The position numbers were made by a program, and so were the translations under genes. DNA of 63,036 nucleotides, counting the filler, from Circinaria calcarea (taxonomy: Eukaryota), in NCBI GenBank assembly GCA_051942165.1. It is 5 parts of 5 records of this genome, joined end to end, with 100 filler letters (N's around TTAATTAATTAA, not from the genome) between each part and the next. Parts side by side here need not be neighbours in the genome. Positions count along the whole stretch, not along the records: positions 25,303 to 37,843 come from JAVECS010000562.1; positions 37,944 to 50,453 come from JAVECS010000563.1; 3 more parts are not named here. One strand, 5' to 3'. The notes below the pieces were generated by a model. The model made no database searches, was not told the DNA's origin, and saw only the letters and a list, made by a program, of their open reading frames with translations. Below are positions 25,303 to 39,056 of this stretch, in pieces. Every line of letters starts with the position of its first letter. Position 1 is the first letter of the stretch.

Positions 25303-26233
25303 CCCTTTCCCAAAAACAAGGAGATGTAGGCTAGGCTAAGCCAGGCTAGGGTAAGGTAGAGTAGAATGCGGAAACGAAAGATCCAATCACCAAAATCCAA
25401 AATCCAAATTCAAATACAAAATCCGTAGTCAATATCATCTATATCGATATCGAGAATGTTGAATTTGTTATTAAAAACCAAACCCGATACCTAGCACCCG
25501 AAGGAATTCGAGTAAAAAATCCCAAATGATTTTTTTTGGTAAAAGAACTACTCTACCCTACCTACCTTCAACTCATGTGCCCTTAACCTTTCTTTACCTT
25601 AACCTTTACCTTACGTATTATACGGTACGCGTTCAAAGATTTTATTTACAGTAATTAATACCCAAACCAGGTACGGAGTAAATTATTTGGAGCAAAAGGA
25701 AGAAGAAAGGACCCACCCTTTAACCATATCGATCAATCAGCAACGGGATAAAGCCCAAGTCGGCAGTTCACTCATGAGAATAATCATGCCACGTTAGCAT
25801 TTTGCATTTCGCATTTTGCAAAAAACAATCCGAACTTTTGATACCTAAGCTTTTGATCTTTGATTACTATGCTGGACCTCTTTCTAATATACAAGAGAAA
25901 AAATCTAAAAACGAGCCCGACGGCCATGAAGCTACCAACTAGCATTACACTGCCCCGATTCCTCCCGTTTGGGTTTAGAATACCACCCAGAAAGCTAGAG
26001 AATTAGGCCAATGCTGCAGGGGAAAACTATCCCGGCCGTCATATGCTGATTAGGACACGATTTAGAAAAAATCCTAGAAACGCCGTCAATGCCGCCATCC
26101 GCAGCCAGCATCAGACCAGCTTTTTCATCAAAGAGCCCGTAATCTATGCAAGTCGGGGACAAAGGCCCACCAAATTGTGTACAAAGGAGCAAGAAAATGT
26201 GCAACCGAGTACCTAATATACATGCAGGCTATC

Positions 26234-29200
26234 TCAGCGTGGACTTTGACTGTTGGCAAAATAAGGATTGAATTCCGTATCTTGACGGAACTGAGTTTGC
26301 TGATAAGGTCCCTGCTGGTACTGGGGAGATTGCTGATACTGCAAGTTGGGCGGCTGATGCGGTGGGACTGCATAAGGAGTATTCCAATAAACCTGCCGAC
26401 CAGGCGAAGTCCAACTTTGAGGGGAAAACTGCTGAGCCTGAGCCTGAGCCTGGGCTTGAGCTTGAGCCTGAGCGTGTTGTTGCTGCTGATTTGCAAATCC
26501 ACCATATGGACTCAGAGGAGTTTGTGGGTATTGCCCGGGTATGTGCATCTGGGGAGTCTGTAATGGAGAATTTTGTTTCTGAGGAGTTGGGCTCGGTTGC
26601 CCATAAGAATAGCCTTGAGCTTGCTGTTGACGTTGTGCAATCGCATGTTGAACCATCTGCCCACTTAAGCCCTCTTTAATCTCTTTCTTTTCTCTCTCCC
26701 GAGCTTCTATTGCACCAATGAGTCCACTACCGGGTGGCGCTTGTCTGGGGTTGCTAGCCATATTAATCAAAGGTGACCCCGTCATTCTAGCTACATGTTC
26801 TTGCTCGCGAGCTGACAGGTGAGCAGAATAGTCTGCAGAGTTGTTCATGACGGCAGGGTCATTGCCAGAATGTGGCCGAACAGGTAGCTCATGCACTGAT
26901 GGAGCTGGGCGTATTTGACTAAGCCAATCACCAGAGGAATGACGGGAAATACCAGGCGAAGTTCCAGACGGTTTACGACCATGTGCATAAACGGGCGTTA
27001 GGCGACTGGCTGCAGCTCTTTGCTGGACAAACTGCTCAGGCGTGACGGATTGCTTCGAACCAGGACTACTGCTGCCTATAGTCGCACCAGGCTGCCATGC
27101 AACCGTTCGCGGGCTACTGTTATTTGACCCAGCTGAGGCAGAACGGTAGTGACTTGGCTCTGGCGTAACAAGGGTTCGACTCGGCGCTCTATTGTGTGTA
27201 TCATGACCCTGTCCATATCCGCCCCGAGGGGTTTGCCTTTGTGTCTCGCTGGGATAGCTTGGTGGATTATCGTCAGCAGATAAAGACCTGCCGTGTCCCG
27301 GCTTCAATGATGTTCCGGATGAATTGTAAGATCCAGTGGTATATACCAGCGTGGGACCAAAATCAACGCTGGGAATTTCCGAGCTGTAATTTGATGGAGC
27401 GTCATCGGGGTGGGAGTAGACATCACCAACCACTACCTTCTCCGGAGCAGCATCTATGGTGCCGACTGTTTTGAGAACCCCTGCCCGAGGTTTGTCAACT
27501 TCAACCGCAGGTTGTTTGGTATCCGTCGACCGGCGTGTGCTAGCATAATCTGGCGAATCATTCGACTCATCACAATACTCGCTACTGCCGGCGCTTGGTC
27601 GCCTGTCATAGACGTCATCTTCTGATGATAGGCGTGAGAAGTCCGCATTAGCTACAATAGAGTCACTTCCAGTCGGTACAATACTGTTATTGACAGTCGG
27701 AACAGATGGTAACGGAGGATTAGAAGGGCTGGGTAAAGGCTTTCGCGTGATAGATTTGTTCGTGCTGGTCCGGTGTAAATTATCCGGTCGCTGCGAGTCT
27801 GAAAGGACAGGTTGAGGGATTTCACTAGTTTCAATTGGATGCTGCACAATCGTTTCAGCTTGTGGAGATGGTGAATGTTGTTGTGGATTGTGTCGAGAAA
27901 AGTTCCTATTAATGGGAGTGGGTGAGTTCTCTTCTGATGTTGATGACGGAGAATAACTCGATGACTGGGATAGTGGGGATACGCTTCTTGGGGTGTTGGC
28001 GGATGGAACAAGAAAGCCATGTGGCGATGCCGACAGGTTTTCAGATGCTGTTCCTGCTTGAAAACTTGGCTCCTGGGAAGTAATTGGTCCAGAAGCGTGC
28101 GGACGACTTTCGAGAGATTGGGATTGAATGGCGTTCGCTAAGACCATGCCTTCGTTGACAGAGGGATGATTAGCAGTCATCCTACTCTTACTCATGTCAC
28201 TGGTATCAACATTTACCCCTTGTGTCCGATCCTCTGAGTACTTTCCATCTCCTTGTTGAGCATTCTCTCTCCATGCTGCAGCAGCTCCTGCAGCCGCAAT
28301 ACCGCCTGCAGTAGCAGCCGCAACATTAGCCTCGCCATTAGCAGCGGCCAGTTGCGATAACGTCGTAATAGACATACGACTATTGGCTCGACGGAGTTCG
28401 GGAGAGTGATAAGGCCGAGTTTGGGGTCTAGCACTGGGTTGATGAGCAAAAGCAGGTGGCGCGGCAACAGGGGCAGGTGGTGCATTGGGTAACAGATCCC
28501 GTTGTATGTTTTGGGTCTCTGCCTCAGTTAGGCCTCGGTAGCGACGCTCACTTTCAGAGCTGCTGCGCTCATTACCAGCATCTGTTTCAGACGCATGCTT
28601 CTGTACTTGGGGGTTACGGAATGCTGCCATGATAGGGGGCCCATGAGGTGGAGGTGGTGGGGGTGGTGAGTCTCCCGAGTTACGCGAAGGGGCAGCCTCA
28701 TAAGACAGCTTCGAAGGCGTAAAGTTTGCCGTTCCTTCACCAACTGTCCGTTGGCGGCGAGGAGCAGAGAATGCTGTAGTATCTGAAACAGACCTCTGAT
28801 GCTGCAGCGATTTCTTCGGCGGCTGGAAAGGACCATTATCCGGAGGCGCGGACCCTGTGTGGTGCGGCGGAGGAATTGGCGCAACATCTGGATGCAAGGA
28901 AGGTGTTGATTGTGAATTCTCGTCATCGTATCGAAGTGCTTCGGTTCGTGATGGTAGACTGTTCCGATGACCTCGACGGCTCCCTACTCGGGTATCTGGT
29001 CGACTGCCACTGGCTTGTATCTTCGTAATACGCTCCGACGTCAGCTCCTTAAGCCGTTTTCTCCATTCTTGCTCGCTCCATGAATGACTACCGGGTGTGT
29101 GGATCAAAGTGGCCACATCGAAGATTTCTAGATATCCATATCGTCTCTCTTGAGGCAAGGCAAACATTAAACTTCGAGTGTCGAGTGTATCAGCGATTAA

Positions 29201-30592
29201 TCGATTTGGTCGCCCGTAAAGAGCAAATACATCATATGCCGGGAAGAGCCACCGAAGCATGATCTCGAAGCCTGTTACCGCGGGATGCACCTCTGGCATA
29301 ACAAAGACAAAACCTTCGGTAGTAGTATCCGGTGTTGTATGAATGGTGATTATACCTTCGACCTTAACCAACGTAGACTGGTCGATAAGAGGTTTCGACT
29401 GGGGGTAGATTGCGTAAGCAGAGTATGCATCCTTGATTGTGGCAATAGGCCGAGCTTTCTTAGTCTTCTTCGTATCGTAAAACTTGATGTCCCCTTTCAC
29501 AACAGGCGTTGACCGATCATACGCAGACTTCTTCTTCAACAACCTCTGATGCTTCAAAACCTCCTTCTCATCGGGCGGTGTAATGACACACCAGCAACGC
29601 CTCCAGGGAGTGCCTGCCCCGAACCTGACCCTTGCCCAATCCTCCGTCTTGAGTTTGGTTCTGTCCATGATAACCCTTATGTTGTTCAAACTCTTGCCTT
29701 TCCCGGCAATCAAGGAGCCAGTATATGCTTCTTGTAGGGTAGCATGCTCAAACATCGCCAGACGGATTCCGGCAGTCCACTGGGTAAGGGAGTTTACGTT
29801 GTTGAAATGAAGGAGATAACGGTTTTTGCCAGCTGTTGAGATACTGAGGACGTTTTGTAAAGGCTGCTGATCTTGAGCGCGGGTAACAGGAAGGGTTTCG
29901 ATCTGCCAGCCAAGTCAGTTTCGAACCCGTTCACCCGTGGAGAGAATTCTCACCATCTTAATCGATGCGTCTGCAAGGTTGATGAAGGTTGGAGCAACTT
30001 CTCCATCTTGACCGGCTGCATCTAAAGCGTTTGCGTCCCACAACGACAGCACCGTACCAACAAGCTGGGCAAAACATTCTGTCCAGTTCCTATCCCCGTT
30101 CGGTCGCCCCTCTGGAGACTCTCTTAGCATCAAAAGACAACAGCAGCGGATTATGTGCCAGGCTTACGGGAATCTAGATCATTCAGCTTTAGAAAGTACC
30201 CTTCCTGATAGAGCTTGTTGGAGTGACTGTTGAGAAAGGTGAAGATAGGTAGCAGTTCGGGTATCGTATCGTGCGCGATTTCCATCAGCGGAGGTTGATA
30301 TGCACCGACCATTGACATAGGCCTGGCTGATTGTGGCCCTTCTGCTCGAGACTCTGCCCGCGTCCTTGTTGGAGCTGGAGATTCACGAGCGGAGCCGGTC
30401 GGCGGCTGGGGAGACGGGGAAGCATTCGCCTCCTGCTTTGCCGGTTGAACTGAGGGCGACGATGCTGGAGGAGGGGTCCGAGGGGGTCCTCCAAACGCGG
30501 ACATGAACGACATGACTATGCAAGGGATCAGCAGCATTCTTCCACACAGGACCCTTGCATTCTTCCGTGTGTGTACCTCTTGAGCGAGCCAT
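26234..30592 (-). CDS. PH-domain protein, Skg3/Caf120-like
   Basis: HSNKLYQEGYFLKLNDL, WTECFAQLVGTVLSLWDA and EDWARVRFGAGTPWRRCWCVI, then a long S/P/Q-rich tail. First exon MARSR spliced to VMSFMS. Confidence 0.85.
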
Positions 30593-31796
30593 GGCTGATT
30601 AGATAGATTATGCACACGTAAATTTTCTACTGTGAACCTCTTCTTTCCGTCTGGTGAATGTGAAAAGGAGAGGACCAAACCGTGGGTACTAGTAAGCTGG
30701 GCAGACAAGGCCGACAGGTCCGGACGCGGATGACACTCTGTATTACGGGCGTACACCGTTCGAACTGATTAAGTCTCCATGAGTAATATACCATCAAGCA
30801 ACTGTGGACTTGAACGAGTGAATGAAGCGATCGGTATCTGTAGAGGGCAGTCCCAGGTAGTGACCGACTTGCGTTCAGTGACTGACTGGCTGTGGACGAC
30901 GAGAGTGGTGAGCGTAAGAACAAGAAATTCCAGCTACGAATTATGCCGTGCCCACGAGGCGAGACCGGCCGTCATAAATTCCGCGTGAGAAAAAAGGGCT
31001 TCCTCAGGGATTAAACTCTGTCCGAGATCCGGCCATGGACATTCCCTAATTGGGATGTCATCCAGATTTGTGACGGTATGGGGATACTACAAAGAGCCAC
31101 CCTTTTCTCCCCATTCCTTGATTCTTGTTCTACGCATATTATTATTCTAGTATTTCTTCAAGGCATGAACTAGCACCAAGATGTGAATGCGTGGTATCCA
31201 AGGTCTCCGGAGCTGACATTGGACAAGCTTGGAGCTTGGAGCTGAGAGCTTACGACGACGCCTGCTAATTCTCACTAAGCCCGATGCGACCTCCAATTCG
31301 TAGAACGGTATTGACGGTCTCTGAGAGAGCTACCAAGCAATGAACCTGAACGGTCGAGAGTAAATGGCGTTCGAGTCATCATCAAGATTAGGCTCATCAT
31401 GAATAAATAGTAGAGGAGTCGTATCATCAACTTCGTATATTAATCCGTGAAGTGGAGTTATCCACATGCTGCATCCTGCACGGTTAAAGAGATCCCTGCA
31501 TTAATCTTCACGCATGCGGAAGTGGTGAGTACAATCGTCTCAACCAAGCCTAGCCTTCTTTGGTGCCCGGCGCGGGGCCGGCAAAAACTGCTGGGCCTTT
31601 TTGGTTTCATCATCATCATCATCATCATCATTAACTTTCTCAACGCCGACTCGTGCAATACAAAAACAAAGGCGCCTACCTAGCTGTTTCCGAGGCGGCT
31701 AGAGATAGTATTGTCTCCAACGAACTGACTCGGTAGGGATGAGCGACGAGTGTACTGCTACCATCATGTATATATGGTTAAAGTGAGAGAGCTGGC

Positions 31797-33044
31797 ATGC
31801 GGACCTTCCGGGCCGGGACATCTTCAATCCAATACGTCTCCAGTTTCAGTGGTCACCATGCCCCATCCTCTAGACGATTCTTGTCTCCCGCAGCTGGTAC
31901 GAAAGCAAAAACCACAAGGCCCGTCCCAAGGGAAGCACTGGACCAGAAGTCAAAGTCGCCCTTCTACTTCGATACCGGCTATGCTCTCTTCGCCAAACGA
32001 CCTTCTCGACCCTTTCCTCCTCCCTTCTCGTCGCCACCTTCCGGCTCATTTTCCGATCCGTTGAGTACCCACAACCGAAGCAGAGATCGGCGTTCGTATG
32101 TGGATGGAGAGATGATAAGGGGTATCACAAATGGGGATGATGCGGTGCTCGTCGGCGAAAACTTCATCGGGGCCAACGATGGTGTAGGAGCCTGGCATAC
32201 AAGGCCGAAGGGGCACGCGGCGTAGGTCAAGCTGGCGACTCTTTAACTCCCATACTGAGACCTTACAGGCTCTGGTCAAGACTCATACTTCACTTCTGGG
32301 CTCTCGAAGTTGAGCGAGATTCCTCCATCGCTCCTTGGGCACCTTCCTCGTCAGAGCCTAATCCTGTCCAATATCTCCAGACAGCTTATGAGCAAACGTT
32401 AGCAGCGACATCATCCCCCAATGAGTGGCAGGGTACAAGTACTGCATGTGCAGCACTCCTTCACCATACAGGCGAACCATCATCTGCGGAGCCGGTTCTC
32501 TACGTGACGAATCTTGGCGACTCCCAGATTATGGTGCTGCGCCCCAGAGATCAAGAGATCATTTACAAGACAACTGAGCAGTGGCATTGGTTTGATTGCC
32601 CACGTCAGTTGGGGACAAACAGCCCAGACACGCCCAACACGAACGCCGTCATGGAGAAGGTTGAACTCCAGGAGAGTGATGTAGTTCTTGCCATGTCTGA
32701 CGGTGTCACCGACAACTTATGGGAACATGAAATACTGCAAAACGTGCTTGATAGTGTTCGTGCTTGGGAGTCAAAGACAGGGGAAAATGCTTTGGGTTGT
32801 AAGCCTGCTGGAGCTGATGGATGTATGCCCTATGTAGCCGAACAGCTTGTCAAAGCTGCTAGGGTCATTGCAGAAGATCCTTATGCAGAAAGTCCATTCA
32901 TGGAAAGGGCCATTGAGGAGGGCCTAGCAATGGAAGGAGGTAGTATCCCTATAGCTATCTGTCAAAAGGAAGAACTAATTTATCTCAGGTAAACTTGATG
33001 ATATAAGCGTCGTCGTTGCAACATGCAAACGTAGGAAAACATAA
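31797..33044 (+). CDS. PP2C-family phosphatase, PTC7/Azr1-like (probably mitochondrial)
   Basis: NGDDA, NDGVGAW, TNLGDS, EQWHWFDCPRQLG, MSDGVTDNL and GGKLDDISVV; two introns. Confidence 0.9.
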
Positions 33045-34796
33045 GATGATACCCGCCTGATGATACGGTTACTACCATAGCAGGAACCATCAATGCATGG
33101 AATAAGCTTGGTATGATTCTGGGTAGGATTTGGGAAACAGACTACAGAAAAAATAGGTAGTCAGTATTTGTGTTGCGAATGCCTCTAAGGGATCAGCTAC
33201 GGAGAACATGGCAGATCGACACGCTTTGCATAGAAGTATCGAGCGAAGCTTTCAGCTAGGGATCAAGTGTTATAGAAGATAAGGCGGTATGCTGCCAGAG
33301 GGACACTAGGACTGCCAACAAGAGTTGTTCCTCAGCTCAAAGGTAAATATCTACTGTACAAGTTCTGAACACAGGAAGTGAACGGTGGCCAGGGCCATCG
33401 AAGCTCCTTGGGGTATCTGGAATACCCGGCGTAGAAATGGTAAGTGGAAGCTACGTCCTCACTTTACTCATGTATTCTTACATGGCTATAGGGCATGTCC
33501 ATGGCGTTCGAATGTTCAGCTTGTCAATACGAAAAGTAATGCAAGAATACGCTTCTGGGACATCTTCCAGCTAAGGGAAACATATGGGGCTATGCTGCCT
33601 TGATGAATATTCTGCAGAGGATTGATATTACGATCTCGTATATAACTCAGGTTCATCTATCCTCCTTTAGTCTTTGAGCGATGATTACAATCGGAGTATC
33701 CTCGCCACTCTGATTACCAGACCACCAGGTCGCTCTCCATTGTGCTAACAGCAAGATTCAAGGGTTACATTTCTGCGTTGCCATGAGATCAAAGTTTGGG
33801 GATTTCGGTTTGGTATTAGATGATGCCTTCAGCAGAGGCGCCGGATGGGGATAGCGCCTTGGCGGAATAAGGTCTCAATATCTGATGTAGATTCTTCAGG
33901 TCTCGTTTTAAATATGCTCTCCATCCGCCTCGAGCCCCAGATCTCCTGCGAGTAAGGTAGACTCGGAATTTAGGTATCAAACTCTGGATTCTTCCTTCAC
34001 AATATACATACCCTAGATCCCGGTTGACCCGTCTTTCGCCAGAACTTCCCAACGTTATATAATCGTGCTTCATTCCAACCGCAAAGGAATCTATATTTCC
34101 TATAAAGAACCACAATTGGTCCTACACAATCTTACATTCTTCAATATAGTCGCCGAGACTTTCTGCAGATCCACTGGAAACGAAGATTCCACGTATCCTC
34201 ATTGCCAGGATTGTCAACCTAGAGCAGCGGCCTCATTAGATGAAGACAGGAAAGTAAGAATGATTTATGGAGATTGGTTTAATTCGAGACGCTTTGAAGG
34301 GGATTGGGATCTATCACAAGTCGGCAAAGGAGAGAAGCTCAGTACAGACAACTGTAGTCTTTCTGTCCGTTTTCAGCTGGTAGATCAGACGGATCTGTAT
34401 ATCTTTTCGATGAGAGATGAGGTCGGGCAGCGGGTATATATAGAGAGAGATAAAGCGAGCACCCAACGAGACCGAAACGAAGCTTGTTGAGTAACCCAAA
34501 ATATGTGACACCCAGCGCTTAGAGGCGGAACATAATCGGGGGCTGTTGGCAATTATGCGTCATGGGTCAAGCTCCCCGATAAGGGTTACCGTAGGTTTGG
34601 CGGATACGAACGGATATTCCCATGTTTGTCTGACAGCTCAAAAGCCAATCTGATAGGCGTTTTAATCCTACTTTCCTCTCTGTTTCCTCATACAAGTGCA
34701 TTCAAGGTACAGGCGGCTACATATTGATTCTGTATTACGTTGGTTTTCTCTTCTTCAGCGCATTGATCTCTGACCTGTTTTCCTCGTAATATCGTA

Positions 34797-36811
34797 ATGG
34801 CTCCTCCAATGGCTATAGACCTTCAGAGCGTGGGTGATACCCAGGTCGCAACACTCTCTGGCCCGTTGACTGTCAATGGCGTTCCTGCCCGCCGTGCAAA
34901 GGCACCGAAGATGGCTGGGGGGATTGCATCCAATGCGAGTAGTGATATGTTCAAAAGTCCAGTCAGTCAGAGCTGCTATCTTGTCACTGAGCCGAAAGAG
35001 TAACCAACGCAATCTAGGGTTATGGTAAACCAAAGGCAAAGCGATGGGACCGTACGTTCGTCTCCGACCTGGGAAATCTAGGTTGCAGCGGCAGAGCTGA
35101 TGATTAATCAGACCGTCTGAACGAGGAGAGCAGATCCCGTAAGGTACGGGAGAAGTGTATGAAAGCCCATGGCTCATGCTGATGGTGTGAACAGGCAACT
35201 GCGATCAAGGGAGCAGCACAATACCTTAAGAATCCTGGTTCGTCTTCACTGCACCCAGGACTAGGAACTCTAAGAATTTAGTTTTGACATGTATTGCTAG
35301 GCATAATTTCTCTCGGCGGAGGGCTTCCCTCGAGCGAGTACTTTCCCTTTGAAGAAGTCAGCATCAAAGTACCTACGCCCCCGCACTTTTCCGAGCAAGA
35401 AACAAAAGTATCAGGGGTCGTGAAGACCGCTGGAAAGCATGATATAGCTGAGGGAAAGAGCTTGTTTGGTAGAGATCTAATCCGGGGTAGGGCCATTACT
35501 GTTTATTGATATGTCATCTATAGATATACATGTCGCCTTCAACTATGGCCAAGCAACAGGTTCTGCTCAGCTTTTACGCTTTGTTACCGAACACACCGAG
35601 GTACTGATGGATTCTGTAAACGCAAAAAGCCCATTAACAGCTTCCAGATCGTTCATGACCCTCCATTCCAAGACTGGCAATGCTGTCTCACAGCCGGTAG
35701 TACATCGGCTCTGGATATGGCTTATCGTATGTTCATAACTCGTGGCGAGTACATAATGTCCGAAGAATACACATTTGCAACAGCAGTCGAAACAGCCGCT
35801 CCAATGGGTGTCAAAGTTGTAGGTATCAAAATGGACGAGCAAGGCCTTCTCCCTTCAAGTATGGACGAGATCCTCAGTACTTGGGACGAGAAACGTCGTG
35901 GTGCAAAGAGACCGTGGTTACTCTATACGGTACCCAGTGGGCAAAACCCCACCGGCGCAACCCAAGGCGAGCAACGAAGAAGAGATATATATAGATGCGC
36001 ACAAAAGTACGACGTGTACATTCTAGAAGATGAACCTTATTTCTTCCTTCAAATGCAGCCCTACACCGGTCCCAATGCGCCCGATGTCCCTCCTCCATCT
36101 ACCCATGAGCAATTCATCAAGGCGCTGGTTCCATCTCTGCTGAGTATGGACGTCGATGGTCGTGTGATGCGCTTGGACTCGTTTTCTAAAGTCCTCGCCC
36201 CGGGAACTCGAGTTGGTTGGGTCACCGCTTCAGAGCAGATCATTGAGCGATTCGTCCGACACAATGAGGTCTCCATACAGAACCCTAGCGGGATATCGCA
36301 ACTGGTACTATTCAAGCTATTAGACGAGACGTGGGGTCATGCTGGATACCTCGACTGGCTTATCAATCTGAGGCTGGAGTATACCAAACGCCGGGATGTC
36401 ATCTGCAACGCTTGCGAAAAGCATCTTCCCAAGGAGGTCGCGAGCTGGAACCCACCCGCTGCAGGCATGTTTGTGCGTTTCCCCTTTTTCGCTCTCTCAA
36501 CTCCATCATGCGCCCTGTCATATCATGACCATGCACCTACTAACCCAAGATAATAGCACTGGATCAAGATCCACTGGCGCAAACACCCGAATGCCTTATC
36601 CAAACCGATACTAGATATCGAAGACGAGATCTACCACGCCGGGATCAACAATGGCGTCCTTTCGTGCAAGGGAAGTTGGTTCCGCGCCGAAGCAGACCCG
36701 GGTGAGGATATGTTTTTCCGGACTACCTTTGCGGCGGCTAGTTCAGAGGAGATTACGGAGGCCATTAGGAGGTTTGGCGAGGGGTTGAGAGGGGTTTTCT
36801 CGTTAGACTAG
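34797..36811 (+). CDS. ARO8: Aromatic amino acid / 2-aminoadipate aminotransferase (PLP fold I)
   Basis: ISLGGGLP, VPSGQNPTG, ILEDEPYFFL, DSFSKVLAPGTRVGW (PLP lysine) and PAAGMF; multiple introns. Confidence 0.92.
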
Positions 36812-37212
36812 GGGAAGGGGTGATAGGTCGGGAGTGGTGGGTTCAAGGAGTGGGAGGTTTAGGGGGGGCTTTTAGTCGTGTATGAGACGATAGGAGCCAG
36901 TTTTGGGACGGAGGATTATACATTCAGGGCGGTGGGATTTGCTAGAGGTCCTGCGGCTACTAGATGAGTTGTCTGAGGCGTTTAGGATCTTGAATGGGAT
37001 CAGCATCTTTAATTAATGATTGCATGTCAAGGGATAGATCGCTTTTTAGCAGTGAAGAGCCCTTTGCCTAATCCCTTGGTAAGGATTTTTCTAGTAATAC
37101 AGTACTGTCTGTGACGCTGTATCAAATAGATTTAAATGGGTATGCGCTGAAAATTTTGTACATATTTATGACCGCTGTGTTCCCCCAACAACCGCTCTAG
37201 ACCATCCAATCA

Positions 37213-37843
37213 CTAGTTTATGAAATTCACGCAGAAGAAATGTAGGATCAAGCTGCCGAAGATGAAGTCGGCGAATGCCCTATATGAAAACCGCCCTTTG
37301 TATTAGCCACGATTTCGCCTCATCCTAGTTTTCCATCCGGTAGCCAATTTTGACTATCGATACAGGGGCCCCCCTCAAACTCCGCGAGAAGTCCCTGGGA
37401 AGAACAGATTGCAAAAACGTACCTTTCCTGACTGACACTCTTGAACTGGCTTTTGTTTTCGGGATTGGTTTGGATGCGCAGGGAGGCCGTGAGGACGAAC
37501 TGGCCGACGGTGGCGCCGAAGCCGGAGAGAAAGGCGTTGAAAGGCTGCAAGTTTTTTTCGTTTCAACCCGATATCAGTCTTCATGAATTTAAGGAGGGGG
37601 TGTATAGTTAGACCCCAAAGCAAAAACTTAGAGGCCGACTCACATAACCGCCCCCCAGCACCGCATACACGAATTGCACGACGCCCACCACGACCAAAAA
37701 TGCCATAAATACGTCAATCAGCTTGACCCTCTGCGGCGTGCTGTCGAGGTATTTCCGCCATGTCTGCTGCAGGATTTCTTGCGCGGATTGGCTGGAGAGG
37801 GAGGAGGAGGAGGCGGAGGAGGAGGAGGCGGAGGGTTTGGAAG
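37213..37843 (-). CDS. OST2: Oligosaccharyltransferase subunit OST2/DAD1, 5' end cut by contig end
   Basis: TPQRVKLIDVFMAFLVVVGVVQF, PFNAFLSGFGATVGQFVLTASLRIQ and AFADFIFGSLILHFFCVNFIN*. Confidence 0.93.
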
Positions 37844-37943
37844 NNNNNNNNNNNNNNNNNNNNNNNNNNNNNNNNNNNNNNNNNNNNTTAATTAATTAAN
37901 NNNNNNNNNNNNNNNNNNNNNNNNNNNNNNNNNNNNNNNNNNN
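37844..37943. other. Artificial contig linker
   Basis: N44-TTAATTAATTAA-N44. Confidence 0.98.
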
Positions 37944-37974
37944 GAGCCCGGATGGCTATATCGATTATCCGTTC

Positions 37975-38165
37975 AGGAAGGGGGGGGTGAAGGAGGTGGA
38001 GGGGGGGAGCAAGTTATAAGTGGGGGGGAGGGTAGAGGATGTATGATATGGATAGAGGGCCGGAGAATAAAGGATAGATGATATGGGTAGAAGGATAGAC
38101 GATAATGATAGAAGGATAGAAGATGGAGGATAGAAAGATAGAGCATAAGATAAAGAGGATAGACC
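37975..38165. repeat. Purine-rich low-complexity (GATAGA/GGA-like) tract
   Basis: Direct reading of the sequence. Confidence 0.6.
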
Positions 38166-38553
38166 TCAAAGCATAAACATTGGCCCCTTGAAAAGGAACG
38201 ATAATACCCACTAACCAGAACCACGATATATTATCACGCATAAGTAATCTTCCTTCTATGCGCCTAAACTTGCTTGATTTTCCCCCTGCTATGTCCTTCT
38301 AGGATTTCTCCTTTTCAGGGTAAAAGAACACACACTATTACCAACACCCGCCCGTAAAATAACTACTCCGAGTATGGTAATACCCGAGATTGTAATTTAC
38401 AATCATGGTAAGCGTGTAATCCGGGTTTATACCTTTCTATTCATCCAAAAAAAAAAACACACCGACCTCCTCATACTCGCACCTCTGCCCTGTCTAATCA
38501 TTTGCGCGCGCTTTTTATATTTACGTGAAGACGAGAGGGCACAATAGGGGCGC

Positions 38554-38755
38554 CGTCAGGCTCTACGCTTATGGTAGGGGGTGGCGACACCTCGTTTCTG
38601 GTAATTGGCGTCTTGGCGTATATTGAAAACCTTTTGACTGGCACTATATCTTTTCTGTAATGATTAGTTCACGCATCGTATTGCTCGTGTGCCTCACATT
38701 ACCACATACCTTAGCTTTAGATAACTTTTCAAGTAAGGTACTCTACGGCCTTACA
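38554..38755 (+). mobile_element. Solo-LTR-like dispersed repeat (copy 2)
   Basis: 202 bp, CGTCAGGC...GCCTTACA. Shares long identical blocks with 11440-11644, e.g. GTGCCTCACATTACCACATACCTTAGCTTTAGATA. Confidence 0.6.
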
Positions 38756-39056
38756 CCTCACTTGAGATTTTTTGAGGAGTTTTTTTGAGGAGTTTTTTTG
38801 GTTTGGGTTTTTGCTATTTGAATTATTTACGTGCTTTTTTCGGCAACTGGTCAAAAGTCCAGAAGAAAAGAGAAAAATGGCCCTATATGAACATGAAGTT
38901 TTCTCAAAAGCCATACATTCACTCATATAGCCTCCGGCATAAACTCCCACCTTGTTTTTTCTTTTCCTTTCTCTCCCCCCTTCCCCAATCTATTGCCATG
39001 ATCACATTCATATCGACACAATCTCCCCCCCGGGGCCCCGGCATGTTCCAATCGCC

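Noticed and set aside
33400..34510. Spliced transcript or snoRNA host divergent from ARO8
   Set aside because: An intron-like GTATGT..CAG is visible on the minus strand, but there is no coherent ORF or convincing C/D box pair.
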